From: an uncultured Clostridia bacterium
Lineage (GTDB): Bacteria > Bacillota > Clostridia > Christensenellales > CAG-1252
DNA length: 58,123 nt
Direction of reading: 5' to 3'
Assembly (NCBI GenBank): GCA_945482995.1
Contig: CALYRM010000004.1
Span: 1-58,123 of the forward strand
The translations under genes were made by a program, and so were the position numbers. The notes below the pieces were generated by a model. That model was not told where the DNA came from and searched no databases. It worked only from the letters and a program-made list of their open reading frames with translations. Shown here one piece after another: positions 57,990 to 58,123 of the stretch (the stretch's first letter is position 1; each line of letters begins with the position of its first letter).

Positions 57990-58030
57990 TCCCGCCGCGG
58001 GAGCGTCATCCTGAGCTTGTCGAAGGATTT
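57990..58030 (-). repeat. Single reverse-orientation hairpin unit between the pckA stop and its terminator
   Basis: The plus strand reads gtcATCCTgagcttgtcgaAGGATtt, the reverse complement of the ..ATCCT..AGGATgac unit type. Confidence 0.7.
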
Positions 58031-58050
58031 AATGCATTTTATTAATAACA

Positions 58051-58084
58051 AAAAAGTGTTCTTCGGTTGAAGAACACTTTTTTC
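58051..58084 (+). terminator. Rho-independent terminator after pckA
   Basis: Stem aaaaagtgttcttc/gaagaacacttttt with loop ggtt, followed by a T-run. Confidence 0.85.
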
Positions 58085-58123
58085 ACTTTTTCTATAATCC
58101 CCTTATAAAAAATCAATAATTTT

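Noticed and set aside
1-58123. Mobile element, prophage or genomic-island boundaries
   Set aside because: No integrase, transposase, recombinase, phage structural gene, tRNA attachment site or long terminal inverted or direct repeats were found. The small intergenic repeats have no associated transposase in this window.

Overview
AT-rich chromosomal segment of about 58 kb. It looks like a spore-forming Firmicute (Clostridia-like), judging by a gerA/gerB/gerC-type germinant receptor operon, strong GGAGG-type ribosome binding sites and a tilS-hpt core. I support 29 protein-coding genes and no rRNA, tRNA, CRISPR array, transposase or integrase. Housekeeping genes sit at both ends: mnmA and cysK on the left, and a histidine kinase / response regulator / mgtC operon, a PHP phosphoesterase, rmuC, a cca-like gene, hpt, tilS and pckA on the right. 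About 27.9 kb (48% of the window, summed from my coordinates) is taken up by five very large secreted or surface-protein genes, none with an LPXTG motif I can see. The most unusual locus is a tightly packed minus-strand unit (39931 down to 17385): a 2995-aa protein, a small lipoprotein, an ABC ATPase, a 557-aa polytopic permease, a 1066-aa Big_2 plus beta-helix protein and a 2387-aa lipoprotein. The two giants share an uncharacterised module of about 350-500 aa. The second notable signal is a mosaic family of short intergenic repeats at nine or more loci. Its hairpin stems show compensatory base changes (ATGTC/GACAT, ATTTC/GAAAT, ATTCC/GGAAT, ATCCT/AGGAT, ATTCT/AGAAT). There is also an in-frame LuxS-NUDIX fusion. 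All functional calls come from motifs and architecture recognised by eye; no homology search was run.
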